Source of the DNA: Wigglesworthia glossinidia endosymbiont of Glossina brevipalpis
GTDB lineage: Bacteria; Pseudomonadota; Gammaproteobacteria; Enterobacterales; Enterobacteriaceae
Reading direction: 5' to 3'
DNA length: 32,000 nt
Assembly (NCBI GenBank): GCA_000008885.1
Contig: BA000021.3
Coordinates: 150,001 to 182,000, forward strand
Below, in pieces: positions 22,241-32,000 of the stretch (the stretch's first letter is position 1; the number at the start of each line of letters is the position of its first letter). Position numbers and translations under genes: made by a program. Below the pieces are notes generated by a model. That model did not search any database and had not been told where the DNA came from. It was given only the letters and a program-made list of their open reading frames with translations.

Positions 22241-22543
22241 ATGATATTTATAAAAGAAATTAAAAATATATCTAAAATAAAAAAAACAGATATTATTTTA
22301 GATATAAGACATCCGGAAGATCAAAAAAACGATCCTATAAAAATAAAAAATTTTTTAGTTAGATCAATACCTTATTTTAAATTACATAAAAATTTTTCTA
22401 GTTTAGATAAAAATAAATCTTATATATTATATTGTAATAATGGAATGATGAGTAAATTACAATTAATATATTTATATGAGAAAGGATTTAAGAAAGTTAA
22501 AGTTTTTTTACAAAAAAAAAAATCAATCATATACTTTAATTAA
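22241..22543 (+). CDS. thiI: Stand-alone ThiI C-terminal rhodanese domain (truncated thiI lacking THUMP and adenylation domains)
   Basis: 100 aa; DIILDIRHPEDQKNDPIKIKNFLVRSIPYFKLHKNFSSLDKNKSYILYCNNGMMSKLQLIYLYEKGFKKVKVF aligns with the ThiI C-terminus (recalled ...DIRSPDEQ...LPFYKL...[27 protein letters not shown]). Located + strand between ispA and panE, the E. coli thiI locus. In-frame TAA at 22226-22228 precedes the ATG. Confidence 0.82.
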   Translation: MIFIKEIKNISKIKKTDIILDIRHPEDQKNDPIKIKNFLVRSIPYFKLHKNFSSLDKNKSYILYCNNGMMSKLQLIYLYEKGFKKVKVFLQKKKSIIYFN

Positions 22544-23425
22544 AGATCTTTCTTTATTTTTTACAAAATTAAACAATCTTTTATTTAACGGCACATTAAT
22601 ATTGAAATTTTTGCTTTCATTTATTATCACACCATTTATTTGATCAATTTCAGATCTTTTAAGATTTTTTATATCTTGAAGCATAGATGAAAAATTATCT
22701 TTCGTAGAAAAAATTACATATAATATATGATTATATAAATTATTTTTATTTATCGAGTAACCCTTTTTTTTCATTAAACATGATACCTCATTACACAAAA
22801 TTAATATTTTATGTTTATGTTTTAGCAAATTTCCATTTTTGCAATTATAAAAAACACTAAGTGGGTTAATAATACAATTTATAGATAATTTTATCCAAAT
22901 AAAATAAAAAATATTTTTTTTCCAAATTACTCTAGGTAATACTTGATTTAAAATATTTATTGTTGTTATAGAAAAATACTGAGATTTGTTTCCAGGACCA
23001 ATATAAGTTTCTCCATAAAAAACGTGATAAACATTTTTGTTAATTGAATATCCAGCATGAGTTGTTATTCCCAAAAACAAAGGCTGCTTTATATCTTTCA
23101 ATTTTTTATATTCTATTATTCCATTATTTATTATTACAATAGCACAATTTAATTTTAAATTTGGTAAAAATTTTTTTATAACTTTTATAGATTGAAAAGA
23201 TTTTAATGTTACTAATAATATATCTGTATCTCTTAAATGTAAAATGTCATTACAACTTGCTTGATATGAAAATTTATTTTTAGAACTAGATATAATGTTA
23301 AAATCAAAAAAATTTTTTTTAAATCTCAACCAACCTTTAACTTGGTATTTTTTTTTTAAAAAATATGATATCCAAATTTTTCCTATTACTCCACATCCTA
23401 AAACTGTAATTTTCATATAATCCAT
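22523..23425 (-). CDS. panE: 2-dehydropantoate 2-reductase (ketopantoate reductase)
   Basis: 300 aa; MKITVLGCGVIGKIW (true start may be the second Met, 23416), LLVTLKSFQ, ITTHAGYS, IWIKLSINCIINPL with catalytic-type Lys, SSMLQDIKNLKRSEIDQINGVI. Confidence 0.93.
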   Translation of the reverse strand: MDYMKITVLGCGVIGKIWISYFLKKKYQVKGWLRFKKNFFDFNIISSSKNKFSYQASCNDILHLRDTDILLVTLKSFQSIKVIKKFLPNLKLNCAIVIINNGIIEYKKLKDIKQPLFLGITTHAGYSINKNVYHVFYGETYIGPGNKSQYFSITTINILNQVLPRVIWKKNIFYFIWIKLSINCIINPLSVFYNCKNGNLLKHKHKILILCNEVSCLMKKKGYSINKNNLYNHILYVIFSTKDNFSSMLQDIKNLKRSEIDQINGVIINESKNFNINVPLNKRLFNFVKNKERSLIKVYD

Positions 23426-23692
23426 TGAATAAGTGACATTAAATAAAATTTTTTATTTAATTTTATTTATCAAAGTAATATAAGTTATATATTTATTAAA
23501 AATAAAATTTTTAATTTTAGTCTTAACAAGATATATTGTGATTAAAATTTACCGAAGTTAATTTATAAATTTTACAAAATTTAAATTTTTAATAAAAATT
23601 GTTTTTAATTTTGTTCCAAAAAAAAGATAATTTTGTTCTTTTAAAGAAAATAAAATAAAACACTATATGAACTTTATCAAGGCTATTTAAAA

Positions 23693-24541
23693 ATGTTTAA
23701 TAAAAATATAAAAAAATTTAAAAAAATTATATTTATTTGTATTATATTTTTCTTAAGTGGATGTAATAATTTAGTTATTATGAATCCTAAAGGAAATATT
23801 GGTATAGAGGAAAAAAAACTAATACTTATAGCAATTTGTATTATGTTATGTATAGTAATTCCAGTAATTTTAATGACTTTAATATTTGTAATTAAATATA
23901 GGAAGTCTAATAAAAATGCTATTTATAAACCTAATTGGTCTCATTCTAATAAAATTGAATTTGCTATATGGAGCATACCTATATTTGCTATTATATTTTT
24001 GGCTAATATAACTTGGAATACAACTAAAATTTTAGATCCAAAAAATGAAATTATTTCAACAAATAAACCCGTAAATATACAGGTAATTTCTTTAGATTGG
24101 AAGTGGCTTTTTATTTATCCAGAATACAACATCGCAACTATTAATGAAATTGCGTTTCCTAAAGATGTGCCTGTAAAATTTAATATTACTTCTAATTCAG
24201 TTATGAATTCTTTTTTCATTCCTCAGTTAGGAAGTCAAATTTATGCAATGGCTGGGATGGATTCTATATTGCATCTTATATCTAATCATTCTGGAAAATA
24301 TAAAGGAATTTCTTCTAATTTCAGCGGAAAGGGATTTTCAGATATGAAATTTTCTGCAATATCTTTGTCAAATAAAAATGAATTTTACGATTGGATAAAA
24401 AAAGTAAAATCTTCCTCAAAAGAAATAAAAAATATCAAAGATTATGAAAAAATTTCTAAACCTAGCATAAATAATCATGTTGAATATTTTTCTACAGTAA
24501 AATCAAATCTATTCTATGATGTAATAAAAAAGTTTAAATAA
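23693..24541 (+). CDS. cyoA: Cytochrome bo3 ubiquinol oxidase subunit II
   Basis: 282 aa; lipobox-like FFLSGCNNL, NPKGNIGIEEKKLIL, SHSNKIEFAIWSIPI, FFIPQLGSQIYAMAGMDS, VEYFSTVKSNLFYDVIKKF. Confidence 0.97.
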   Translation: MFNKNIKKFKKIIFICIIFFLSGCNNLVIMNPKGNIGIEEKKLILIAICIMLCIVIPVILMTLIFVIKYRKSNKNAIYKPNWSHSNKIEFAIWSIPIFAIIFLANITWNTTKILDPKNEIISTNKPVNIQVISLDWKWLFIYPEYNIATINEIAFPKDVPVKFNITSNSVMNSFFIPQLGSQIYAMAGMDSILHLISNHSGKYKGISSNFSGKGFSDMKFSAISLSNKNEFYDWIKKVKSSSKEIKNIKDYEKISKPSINNHVEYFSTVKSNLFYDVIKKFK

Positions 24542-24603
24542 TAAAATTAATTTTTTAAAAACATAAAAATAAATTATGCAAATTTACAAAGGACAAAAAA
24601 ATT

Positions 24604-26568
24604 ATGTTTGGTAAACTAAATTTTGATGCAATTCCTTATAATGAACCTATAATTATGGGTACATTAATTGTTGTTTTTTTAATAAGTTTGGGATTAATTA
24701 TATCAATTACATATTATAAAAAATGGAATTATTTATGGAATGAATGGTTTACTTCAGTAGATCATAAAAAAATTGGAATTATGTATATAATAATGGCATT
24801 TGTTATGATGATACGTGGATTTGCAGATGCTATAATGATGAGATCTCATCAAGCTATTGCATCTTCTGGGAATGAAGGATTTCTCACTCCTCACCATTAT
24901 GACCAAATAATTACTGCTCATGGAGTAATTATGATCATATTTATGGCTACTCCTTTCATAGTAGGACTAATGAATTTGATAGTGCCATTACAAATTGGAG
25001 CAAGAGATGTAGCGTTTCCTTTTTTAAATTCTTTGAGTTTTTGGTTGTTTATGGTTGGAGTTGTATTGATTAATTTATCATTAGGAATAGGAGAATTTGC
25101 ACAGACAGGATGGGCTGCATACCCTCCTTTATCAGAAATTACATATAGCCCAGGAGTTGGGGTAGATTATTGGATTTGGAGTATTCAAATATCTGGTATT
25201 GGAACAACATTAACTGGAATTAATTTTTTCGCTACCATTTTAAAAATGAGAGCTCCAAATATGCCTATGATGAAAATGCCAGTATTTACATGGACTTCTT
25301 TTTGCACTAATATTTTAATTATAGCAGCTTTTCCGATCTTGACTGTAACCATTTTTTTATTAACTTTAGATAGATATTTAAACACCCATTTTTTTACAAA
25401 TGATATGGGTGGAAATATGATGATGTATATAAATTTATTTTGGGCTTGGGGGCATCCTGAAGTTTATATATTAGTTTTACCTGTTTTTGGTATATTTTCC
25501 GAAGTAGTTGCAACTTTTTCAAAAAAAAGTTTGTTTGGATATAAATCTTTAGTTTTTGCAACAATTGCAATTACTTTGTTATCTTTTTGTGTATGGTTGC
25601 ATCACTTTTTTACAATGGGATCTGGATCTAATGTAAATGCATTTTTTGGAATTATGACTATGATTATAGCCATCCCAACTGGGGTAAAAGTATTTAATTG
25701 GATATTTACTATGTATCATGGAAGAATAAAATTTCATTCATCTATGCTTTGGACAATAGGATTTATTATCACTTTTTCTATAGGAGGCATGACAGGAGTT
25801 TTATTATCAGTTCCAGGAGCAGATTTTGTATTACATAATAGCTTATTTTTAATAGGTCATTTTCACAATGTAATTATAGGAGGTGTAGTATTTGGATGTT
25901 TTGCCGGAATGACGTATTGGTTTCCTAAAGCATTTGGATTTAAGCTAGATGAAATGTGGGGGAAAAGAGCATTTTGGTTATGGATTGTTGGTTTTTATAT
26001 AGCATTTATGCCTTTGTATTTTTTAGGGTTTATGGGGATGACTAGAAGATTGAGCCAAAATATAGATAAAATATACCATATCCCTTTATCTATTGCAGCT
26101 TTTGGAACATTTTTAATTTCATTAGGAGTTGTTTGTCAAGTTATACAAATTTTGGTGAGCGTAAAAAATAAATCAAAAAATAAAGATCATACTGGAGACC
26201 CTTGGAATGGAAGAACGTTAGAATGGTCTATTCCTTCTCCTCCTCCTGTATATAACTTTGCAAAAATTCCAAACGCTTATAAAGTTTTAGATTCATTTTG
26301 GTTTATTAAGAATAATAAAAATAATAAACAAAAAATTTTTAGTTATTCTCCTATTCATATGCCTAAAAATACTAGTGCAGGAATTTTTATATCTGGATTT
26401 GCATTAATATTTGGATTTTCAATGGTTTGGCATATTTGGTGGATGTCTTTGCTAGGAATTGCAGGATCTATTATTACATGGATATTTTATAGTTTTAAAA
26501 AAGATATAGATTATTACATATCTATAAAAACTATACACGAAATTGAAAGTAAAAATATTAATAAATAA
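24604..26568 (+). CDS. cyoB: Cytochrome bo3 ubiquinol oxidase subunit I
   Basis: 654 aa heme-copper oxidase core; [58 protein letters not shown]. Confidence 0.99.
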   Translation: MFGKLNFDAIPYNEPIIMGTLIVVFLISLGLIISITYYKKWNYLWNEWFTSVDHKKIGIMYIIMAFVMMIRGFADAIMMRSHQAIASSGNEGFLTPHHYDQIITAHGVIMIIFMATPFIVGLMNLIVPLQIGARDVAFPFLNSLSFWLFMVGVVLINLSLGIGEFAQTGWAAYPPLSEITYSPGVGVDYWIWSIQISGIGTTLTGINFFATILKMRAPNMPMMKMPVFTWTSFCTNILIIAAFPILTVTIFLLTLDRYLNTHFFTNDMGGNMMMYINLFWAWGHPEVYILVLPVFGIFSEVVATFSKKSLFGYKSLVFATIAITLLSFCVWLHHFFTMGSGSNVNAFFGIMTMIIAIPTGVKVFNWIFTMYHGRIKFHSSMLWTIGFIITFSIGGMTGVLLSVPGADFVLHNSLFLIGHFHNVIIGGVVFGCFAGMTYWFPKAFGFKLDEMWGKRAFWLWIVGFYIAFMPLYFLGFMGMTRRLSQNIDKIYHIPLSIAAFGTFLISLGVVCQVIQILVSVKNKSKNKDHTGDPWNGRTLEWSIPSPPPVYNFAKIPNAYKVLDSFWFIKNNKNNKQKIFSYSPIHMPKNTSAGIFISGFALIFGFSMVWHIWWMSLLGIAGSIITWIFYSFKKDIDYYISIKTIHEIESKNINK

Positions 26569-26585
26569 TTATTAGGTATTTTATT

Positions 26586-27203
26586 ATGACAACTCATACA
26601 GTTTCTTCTTCTAAAAAGATATTTCATAATAATGAAAGCAATAATCACGAAAAAACAAAAATTTTAGGATTTTGGGTATATTTAATGAGTGATTGCATTT
26701 TATTTGCAACTCTATTTGCCACTTATTTTGTATTAAAAGATAATGTAGCAAATGGTCCTTCTGGAAAGGAAATATTTGAAATACCTTTAGTATTTTTAGA
26801 AACTATAATTTTATTGTCTAGCAGCATGACATGCAGTATTGCATCATTTTCAATTAAAAAAAACAATAAAATTAAAACAAACATATGGTTATTTATTACA
26901 GTTATACTTGGAATTATATTTATTAATATAGAGATTAGTGAATTTTATTCATTGATTTGTAAAAATTATGGACCAGATCGTAGCGCTTTTCTATCTATTT
27001 TCTTTACTATAGTAGGAACTCATGGTGTTCATGTAATTTCTGGAATAATATGGATGATTGTTATAATGATACAAATTTATTTTTACGGATGTGATAAAAT
27101 AAATAAAATAAGATTAAAGTTATTAAGTTTGTTTTGGTATTTTTTGGAAATAATATGGATTTTTGTTTTTAATGTAATATATTTATTAGGAATAATAAAA
27201 TGA
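26586..27203 (+). CDS. cyoC: Cytochrome bo3 ubiquinol oxidase subunit III
   Basis: 205 aa; LGFWVYLMSDCILFATLFATYFVL, GPDRSAFLSIFFTIVGTHGVHVISGIIWM; TGA stop overlaps cyoD start. Confidence 0.97.
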   Translation: MTTHTVSSSKKIFHNNESNNHEKTKILGFWVYLMSDCILFATLFATYFVLKDNVANGPSGKEIFEIPLVFLETIILLSSSMTCSIASFSIKKNNKIKTNIWLFITVILGIIFINIEISEFYSLICKNYGPDRSAFLSIFFTIVGTHGVHVISGIIWMIVIMIQIYFYGCDKINKIRLKLLSLFWYFLEIIWIFVFNVIYLLGIIK

Positions 27204-27529
27204 AAATGTTATCTAAAAATAAAACTTTATCTATATGTAAAAATAATAAATCCTATTTTATAGGATATATTTTATCTTTTTTTTTTACATGTATTCCATT
27301 TTTATTAATAATAAATAAATGGAATTTATATAATGAATTAATTTATAATTTGATAATCATATGTGCTTTTTCTCAAGCAATAATACAATTTACATTTTTC
27401 TTAAATATTTTTGATAATAGCAGAATTAATTGGAAATTAATATCATTAACATTTACTATCTTAATAATTTTTATTTTAATTTTTGGATCTATTTGGATTA
27501 TGAATCATTTGCATCATAATTTAATGTAA
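27200..27529 (+). CDS. cyoD: Cytochrome bo3 ubiquinol oxidase subunit IV
   Basis: 109 aa, three predicted TM segments, 4-nt overlap with cyoC (ATGA), C-terminal GSIWIMNHLHHNLM. Confidence 0.93.
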   Translation: MKMLSKNKTLSICKNNKSYFIGYILSFFFTCIPFLLIINKWNLYNELIYNLIIICAFSQAIIQFTFFLNIFDNSRINWKLISLTFTILIIFILIFGSIWIMNHLHHNLM

Positions 27530-27560
27530 TAAATTTAATTAAAATAAATATAAATATTTT

Positions 27561-28427
27561 ATGATAATAAAATTTATTCAGATAATTAAACCAGGTATTA
27601 TATTTGGCAATATTATATCTACTATAGGAGGATTTTTATTAGCCTCTCAAGGAGATATAAATGTAAACTTATTTATTTTTACTATTTCAGCTACTGCAAT
27701 TTTAATTGCATCAGCTTCTATATTTAATAATTGTATAGATAAAGATATAGATATAAAAATGCAACGTACTAAAAATAGAGCCATAGCAATTGGTTTAATT
27801 TCTTCTAATATTGCATATATATATGCATTAATATTATTAATTTTGAGTTTTTTATTATTCTTAAAAACTAATTTTTTAACAATTTTTATTTCTATGTTAG
27901 GCTTTTTTATTTATGTATTTATTTACAGTTTGTTAATGAAAAGAAAATCAGTATATAGTACTATAATTGGAAGTTTGTCTGGAGCAACACCTCCTATAAT
28001 AGGATATTGTTCTGTAAAAGAACATTTTGATATTGGAGCTTTTATTTTATTATGTATTTTTAGTTTTTGGCAAATACCTCATTCTTATGCTATTGGGCTC
28101 GTAAGATACAATGATTATAAGATTGCATCTATTCCTATTTTTCCAATAAAAAAAGGATCTTTTAAAACAAAAATAAATATAATAATTTATATTATTGCAT
28201 TTTTTATTTCTACAATAATGTTATTTTTTGCAGGATACACTGGAAATAATTATTTATTTTTTTCTATATTTTTTGGACTTATATGGATTTTTATAGCAAT
28301 AAAAGGATTTAAGTCTTCAGAAGAAAATTTTAATATCATATGGGGAAGAAAAATTTTTTTATTTTCTATTGTAATTATAACTGCTATTAGCATTCTTATA
28401 TCTATAGATTATAAAAAAAATATATAA
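27561..28427 (+). CDS. cyoE: Protoheme IX farnesyltransferase (heme O synthase)
   Basis: 288 aa; IKPGIIFGNIISTIGGFLLAS, NNCIDKDIDIKMQRTKNRAI, YSLLMKRKSVYSTIIGSLSGATPPIIGY. Confidence 0.97.
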   Translation: MIIKFIQIIKPGIIFGNIISTIGGFLLASQGDINVNLFIFTISATAILIASASIFNNCIDKDIDIKMQRTKNRAIAIGLISSNIAYIYALILLILSFLLFLKTNFLTIFISMLGFFIYVFIYSLLMKRKSVYSTIIGSLSGATPPIIGYCSVKEHFDIGAFILLCIFSFWQIPHSYAIGLVRYNDYKIASIPIFPIKKGSFKTKINIIIYIIAFFISTIMLFFAGYTGNNYLFFSIFFGLIWIFIAIKGFKSSEENFNIIWGRKIFLFSIVIITAISILISIDYKKNI

Positions 28428-28435
28428 AAACAATA

Positions 28436-30322
28436 TTAGATTTTATCTAAATATTTAGATTTTATTTTTGATTTGTTTTTTAAATTATTCAACAAAGCAT
28501 CAATATCTAATTTAGAATTTTTATTTTTTAATTGATTTATTAATATATTTTTATCTACACTATTAATTCTTTTTTGAGTTATTTTGTCTAATATTACTAA
28601 TAAAATTTTTTCATTATCTATAAATATTTCGTATGATTTTTTTTTATAATTTGGTTCTTTCATATTAAATATTAAATATTTTAACTTTTCATCTGATTTA
28701 TCGTCAAATAAATCTAATGTTTTTTTTTCTAAAAAAATTAATCCAAATTTTTTCATAACTTCTTCTATATTGGGACTATTTTTGGATTCTAGCTCAATAA
28801 TAGCATTTTTTAATTTTATTTTAGATTGTAATATAAATTTATCATGTAATACTTGTTTTTTTATTTGATCTTTTACTTCTGAAAAAGAAATTATTTTTTT
28901 GTCTAAAAAATCATTTATACAAAAAACTAAAAATTCATCGTTTTTAATATGAAATTGATCTAATTTTATATTAAAATTACATTTATTAATGTTATTAATA
29001 TTTAACTTTTCTTGATCTATTTCAAAAGAATTAAAAATATTTATAATATTTTTTTCATCTATCCATCCTGTATTATTTATATAATAATTTCTAAAATCAT
29101 TTTTTAAATCATTAAAACTATATTTGTTATCTTTCGCTAAAATTTTTATTTTTTCTATGTAATTATTAAAAATTTTTATTGATTTTTCTTCTTTGATGTA
29201 ATTTTCTATTTCTTTATAAAAATATTTTAAATCTTGTTCGACTTTTGGAATTATTTCTGTCAACATTATTATTAAATAACCAGAAGATGATTTAATTATT
29301 TTAGATATTTCATTTTTATTTTTTAAATTTGCGATTTTAATTTCTTCTATTATAAAATCTTCTTGTATCCACCCTATATCTCCATTATTAACACTAGAGA
29401 AAATATCTTTTGATTTGTTCTTAGCTATTTCAAAAAAATCTTTTTCATTTTTTATTTTATTTAGATAAAATATTGCTTCTTTTTCAGAATCAAATTGAAT
29501 AATACTATATCTTTTTTTTTCCGGTAAAGTAAATTTTTTAATATTTTTCAAGTACCACTCTTGTACTTCTTTTGATTTCGCTATTATTTTATCTTTATTT
29601 TTTATATCATTAATATTTATTTTCAAATAATTTATATTGAATTTTTTAGGAGTTACATACTTATGACTATTTAATTTATATTCTGCTTCAGCTTCAGAAT
29701 CAGAAACAGAGTTAATATTTATTTCTTGTGTTTTATCAAAAGTTGCAAGTTTTATATGTCGTTCTTGTAAGTACTGCAATAGAATATTTTCTATTTCATA
29801 AGGAAGTAAAAATGAAGTTATATCAATTATATTAATTATTTCATTTATCAATAATTGATCATAAATTTCTTTAATAAAACTATCTAACGATAATCCTATA
29901 TCACTTAATAACGATTTTAATTTATTTAAATCAAAACCTATTTCAGAATTAAACTCTGAAATTTCGTATATTGTTTTTTTTATCTTTTCTTCTGTAATAA
30001 TTAAATTAATTTTTTTTGCATATTGCTTTAATAAAGTGTTTTCTATTATTTTTAATAACACTTGATTTTTAAAAAAATTTAATTTGTGTTCATTTATATC
30101 TAAATTGTCATTTATATTATTATTTATTTTAAAATTCATCATATTTTGTTGAAATTTATCATAAGAAATTTTTTCGTTATTTATTTTGATAATGTAACTT
30201 TCATTATTTCCTGAAAAATATGTTCCTAATCCTGTTAAAAACAAAGATAAAATTAAGAAAATCAAAATAAATTTGTATATAATTTTTTTTGGTTTAAATA
30301 ATAATTTTTTTTTGATAATCAT
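28436..30322 (-). CDS. ppiD: Periplasmic folding chaperone PpiD (SurA-like N-domain plus parvulin domain)
   Basis: 628 aa; single N-terminal TM, ...EEKIKKTIYEISEF..., parvulin-like region LPEKKRYSIIQFDSEKEAIFYLNKIKNEKDFFEIAKNKSKDIFSSVNNGDIGWI; immediately downstream of lon. Confidence 0.88.
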   Translation of the reverse strand: MIIKKKLLFKPKKIIYKFILIFLILSLFLTGLGTYFSGNNESYIIKINNEKISYDKFQQNMMNFKINNNINDNLDINEHKLNFFKNQVLLKIIENTLLKQYAKKINLIITEEKIKKTIYEISEFNSEIGFDLNKLKSLLSDIGLSLDSFIKEIYDQLLINEIINIIDITSFLLPYEIENILLQYLQERHIKLATFDKTQEININSVSDSEAEAEYKLNSHKYVTPKKFNINYLKININDIKNKDKIIAKSKEVQEWYLKNIKKFTLPEKKRYSIIQFDSEKEAIFYLNKIKNEKDFFEIAKNKSKDIFSSVNNGDIGWIQEDFIIEEIKIANLKNKNEISKIIKSSSGYLIIMLTEIIPKVEQDLKYFYKEIENYIKEEKSIKIFNNYIEKIKILAKDNKYSFNDLKNDFRNYYINNTGWIDEKNIINIFNSFEIDQEKLNINNINKCNFNIKLDQFHIKNDEFLVFCINDFLDKKIISFSEVKDQIKKQVLHDKFILQSKIKLKNAIIELESKNSPNIEEVMKKFGLIFLEKKTLDLFDDKSDEKLKYLIFNMKEPNYKKKSYEIFIDNEKILLVILDKITQKRINSVDKNILINQLKNKNSKLDIDALLNNLKNKSKIKSKYLDKI

Positions 30323-30381
30323 ATCAATAAAATAATTTTATAACATTTATTCAAATATTTAATTAAAAATACTATATTTAT

Positions 30382-32000
30382 TTAGAAAATAGAATCTTGC
30401 AAAGATATATTAAACACTTCATCAATAATTTTTACTGGATGAATATTAAGTTCTTTAATTACATTTTCTGGCATATTTTCTAAATTTCTTTTATTTTCAT
30501 AAGGAATTAAAACTGTTTTAATACCTCCTCTATGAGCAGCAAGAAGCTTTTCTTTTAACCCTCCAATTGGTAAAATTTGTCCTCTTAAAGTTATTTCTCC
30601 TGTCATTGCTAAGCTTGAATTTACTGGATTTTTTGTTAAACATGAAACCAAAGCAGTACACATAGCTATTCCAGCGCTGGGACCGTCTTTAGGAGTAGAA
30701 CCTTCTGGAACATGAACATGTATATCGTTTTTTTCATAAAAATCTGATTTTATTCCTAGTTTATTCGCTCTAGACCTGACAACTGTCAAAGCTGCTTGTA
30801 TAGATTCTTGCATTACTTCTCCCAAAGATCCTGTGTAAATTAATTTGCCTTTTCCAGGCACGCAAGCAGTTTCTATAGTTAATAAATCACCTCCTACCTC
30901 AGTCCATGCTAAACCTATTACTTGTCCTATTTTATTTTCTATTTCTGCTTTTCCATAATCAAATTTTTTAACGCCGAGAAAATCTTTTAAATTTTTTTTA
31001 TTTATTTTTATTCTATTTATGTTTTTGTTCATTAGTATAATCTTTACAGATTTTCTACATAGTTTCGAAATTTCTCTTTCTAAATTTCTTACTCCTGCTT
31101 CTCTAGTATAATAACGAATTATCCCCATCAGAGCATTATCTTCAACGTAAATTTCATTTTCTTTTAAAGCATTTCTATTTACCTGTTTAGGAAAAAGATG
31201 TTTTCTAGCAATATTTAATTTTTCATCTTCGGTATAACTAGATAATCTAATTACTTCCATGCGATCTAGAAGTGGAGCTGGTATCCTCATCGAGTTGGAA
31301 GTCGCAACAAACATGACGTCTGATAAATCATAATCCACTTCCAAATAATGATCATTAAATGCAATATTTTGCTCTGGATCTAACACTTCTAACAAGGCTG
31401 ATGCAGGATCACCTCTCATATCTGTAGACATTTTATCAATTTCATCAAGCAAAAATAATGGATTTTTTACTCCTACTTTAGACATCTTTTGTATTATTTT
31501 ACCTGGCATAGAACCTATATAAGTTCTTCTATGTCCGCGAATTTCCGCTTCATCTCTCATACCTCCTAAAGCCATTCTTATATATTTTCTTCCCGTGGCT
31601 TTTGCTATGGATTGACCTAAAGAAGTTTTTCCTACACCAGGTGGTCCCATTAAACATAAAATTGGACCTTTTATCTTTAAAACCCTGCTTTGAACAGCCA
31701 AGTATTCTAATATACGATCTTTAACTTTTTTTAATCCATAATGGTCTTTATCTAATATTTTTTGAGCAATTGATAGATTTTTTTTTATTTTACTTCTATT
31801 GTGCCATGGAACGGAGATCATCCAATCTATATATCCACGTACAACAGTTGCTTCTGCTGACATAGGAGACATCATTTTTAATTTTTGCAATTCAGAATCT
31901 GCTTTTTTCTTTACTTCTTTTGGCATTTTAGATAATTCAATTTTTCTTTTTAAAGATTCATGTTCGTCTGGATTATCTTCCATTTCTCCTAGTTCTTTTT
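30382..32000 (-). CDS. lon: ATP-dependent protease Lon (5' end outside window)
   Basis: The ORF track starts at Met 31983, but the frame is open to the window edge (...[19 protein letters not shown]), matching internal Lon sequence. Walker [12 protein letters not shown], catalytic [25 protein letters not shown]. Confidence 0.98.
   Translation of the reverse strand, partial: KELGEMEDNPDEHESLKRKIELSKMPKEVKKKADSELQKLKMMSPMSAEATVVRGYIDWMISVPWHNRSKIKKNLSIAQKILDKDHYGLKKVKDRILEYLAVQSRVLKIKGPILCLMGPPGVGKTSLGQSIAKATGRKYIRMALGGMRDEAEIRGHRRTYIGSMPGKIIQKMSKVGVKNPLFLLDEIDKMSTDMRGDPASALLEVLDPEQNIAFNDHYLEVDYDLSDVMFVATSNSMRIPAPLLDRMEVIRLSSYTEDEKLNIARKHLFPKQVNRNALKENEIYVEDNALMGIIRYYTREAGVRNLEREISKLCRKSVKIILMNKNINRIKINKKNLKDFLGVKKFDYGKAEIENKIGQVIGLAWTEVGGDLLTIETACVPGKGKLIYTGSLGEVMQESIQAALTVVRSRANKLGIKSDFYEKNDIHVHVPEGSTPKDGPSAGIAMCTALVSCLTKNPVNSSLAMTGEITLRGQILPIGGLKEKLLAAHRGGIKTVLIPYENKRNLENMPENVIKELNIHPVKIIDEVFNISLQDSIF

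Noticed and set aside
23340-23365. T10/A6 homopolymer near the panE 5' end as possible frameshift/pseudogene signal
   Set aside because: The panE frame is intact through the tract and matches PanE on both sides, so no frameshift is needed.
1-32000. Alternative genetic code (UGA = Trp) as seen in some reduced symbionts
   Set aside because: hemB, cyoC and panE end in TGA at the expected C-terminus and conserved Trp codons are TGG, so the standard bacterial code fits.
1-32000. Defence, phage, IS, CRISPR or secondary-metabolite system
   Set aside because: Almost every sizeable ORF is assigned to a conserved housekeeping family and intergenic gaps are short; no transposases, terminal repeats or spacer-repeat arrays seen.

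Overview
This 32 kb window is very AT-rich and comes from what looks like a reduced genome of the Enterobacterales type. That is inferred from protein resemblance and from gene order matching my recall of E. coli K-12. It is densely packed with intact housekeeping genes. I see no mobile elements, CRISPR arrays, phage genes or defence cassettes. Order: argS (partial, cut by window edge), murJ(-), pyrD(-), hemB(+), tRNA-Leu(CAA)(-), murI(+), pssA(-), pitA(-), pykA(+), purL(-), tadA(-), rpsI(-), rplM(-), zapE(-), zapG/yhcB(+), degQ(+), dxs(-), ispA(-), a rhodanese-only thiI remnant(+), panE(-), cyoABCDE(+), ppiD(-), lon(-, partial, cut by window edge). UGA is used as a stop (hemB, cyoC, panE) and UGG as Trp, so the standard code applies. 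The most interesting observation is the 100-codon ORF at 22241-22543. It matches only the C-terminal rhodanese domain of ThiI, retains the catalytic-type Cys, and sits at the exact syntenic position of full-length thiI. An in-frame stop 15 nt upstream of its ATG rules out continuity with a longer ORF. This fits retention of the thiamin-thiazole function with loss of tRNA s4U modification. I found no convincing novel multi-gene system; the other findings are reduction scars and local rearrangements.
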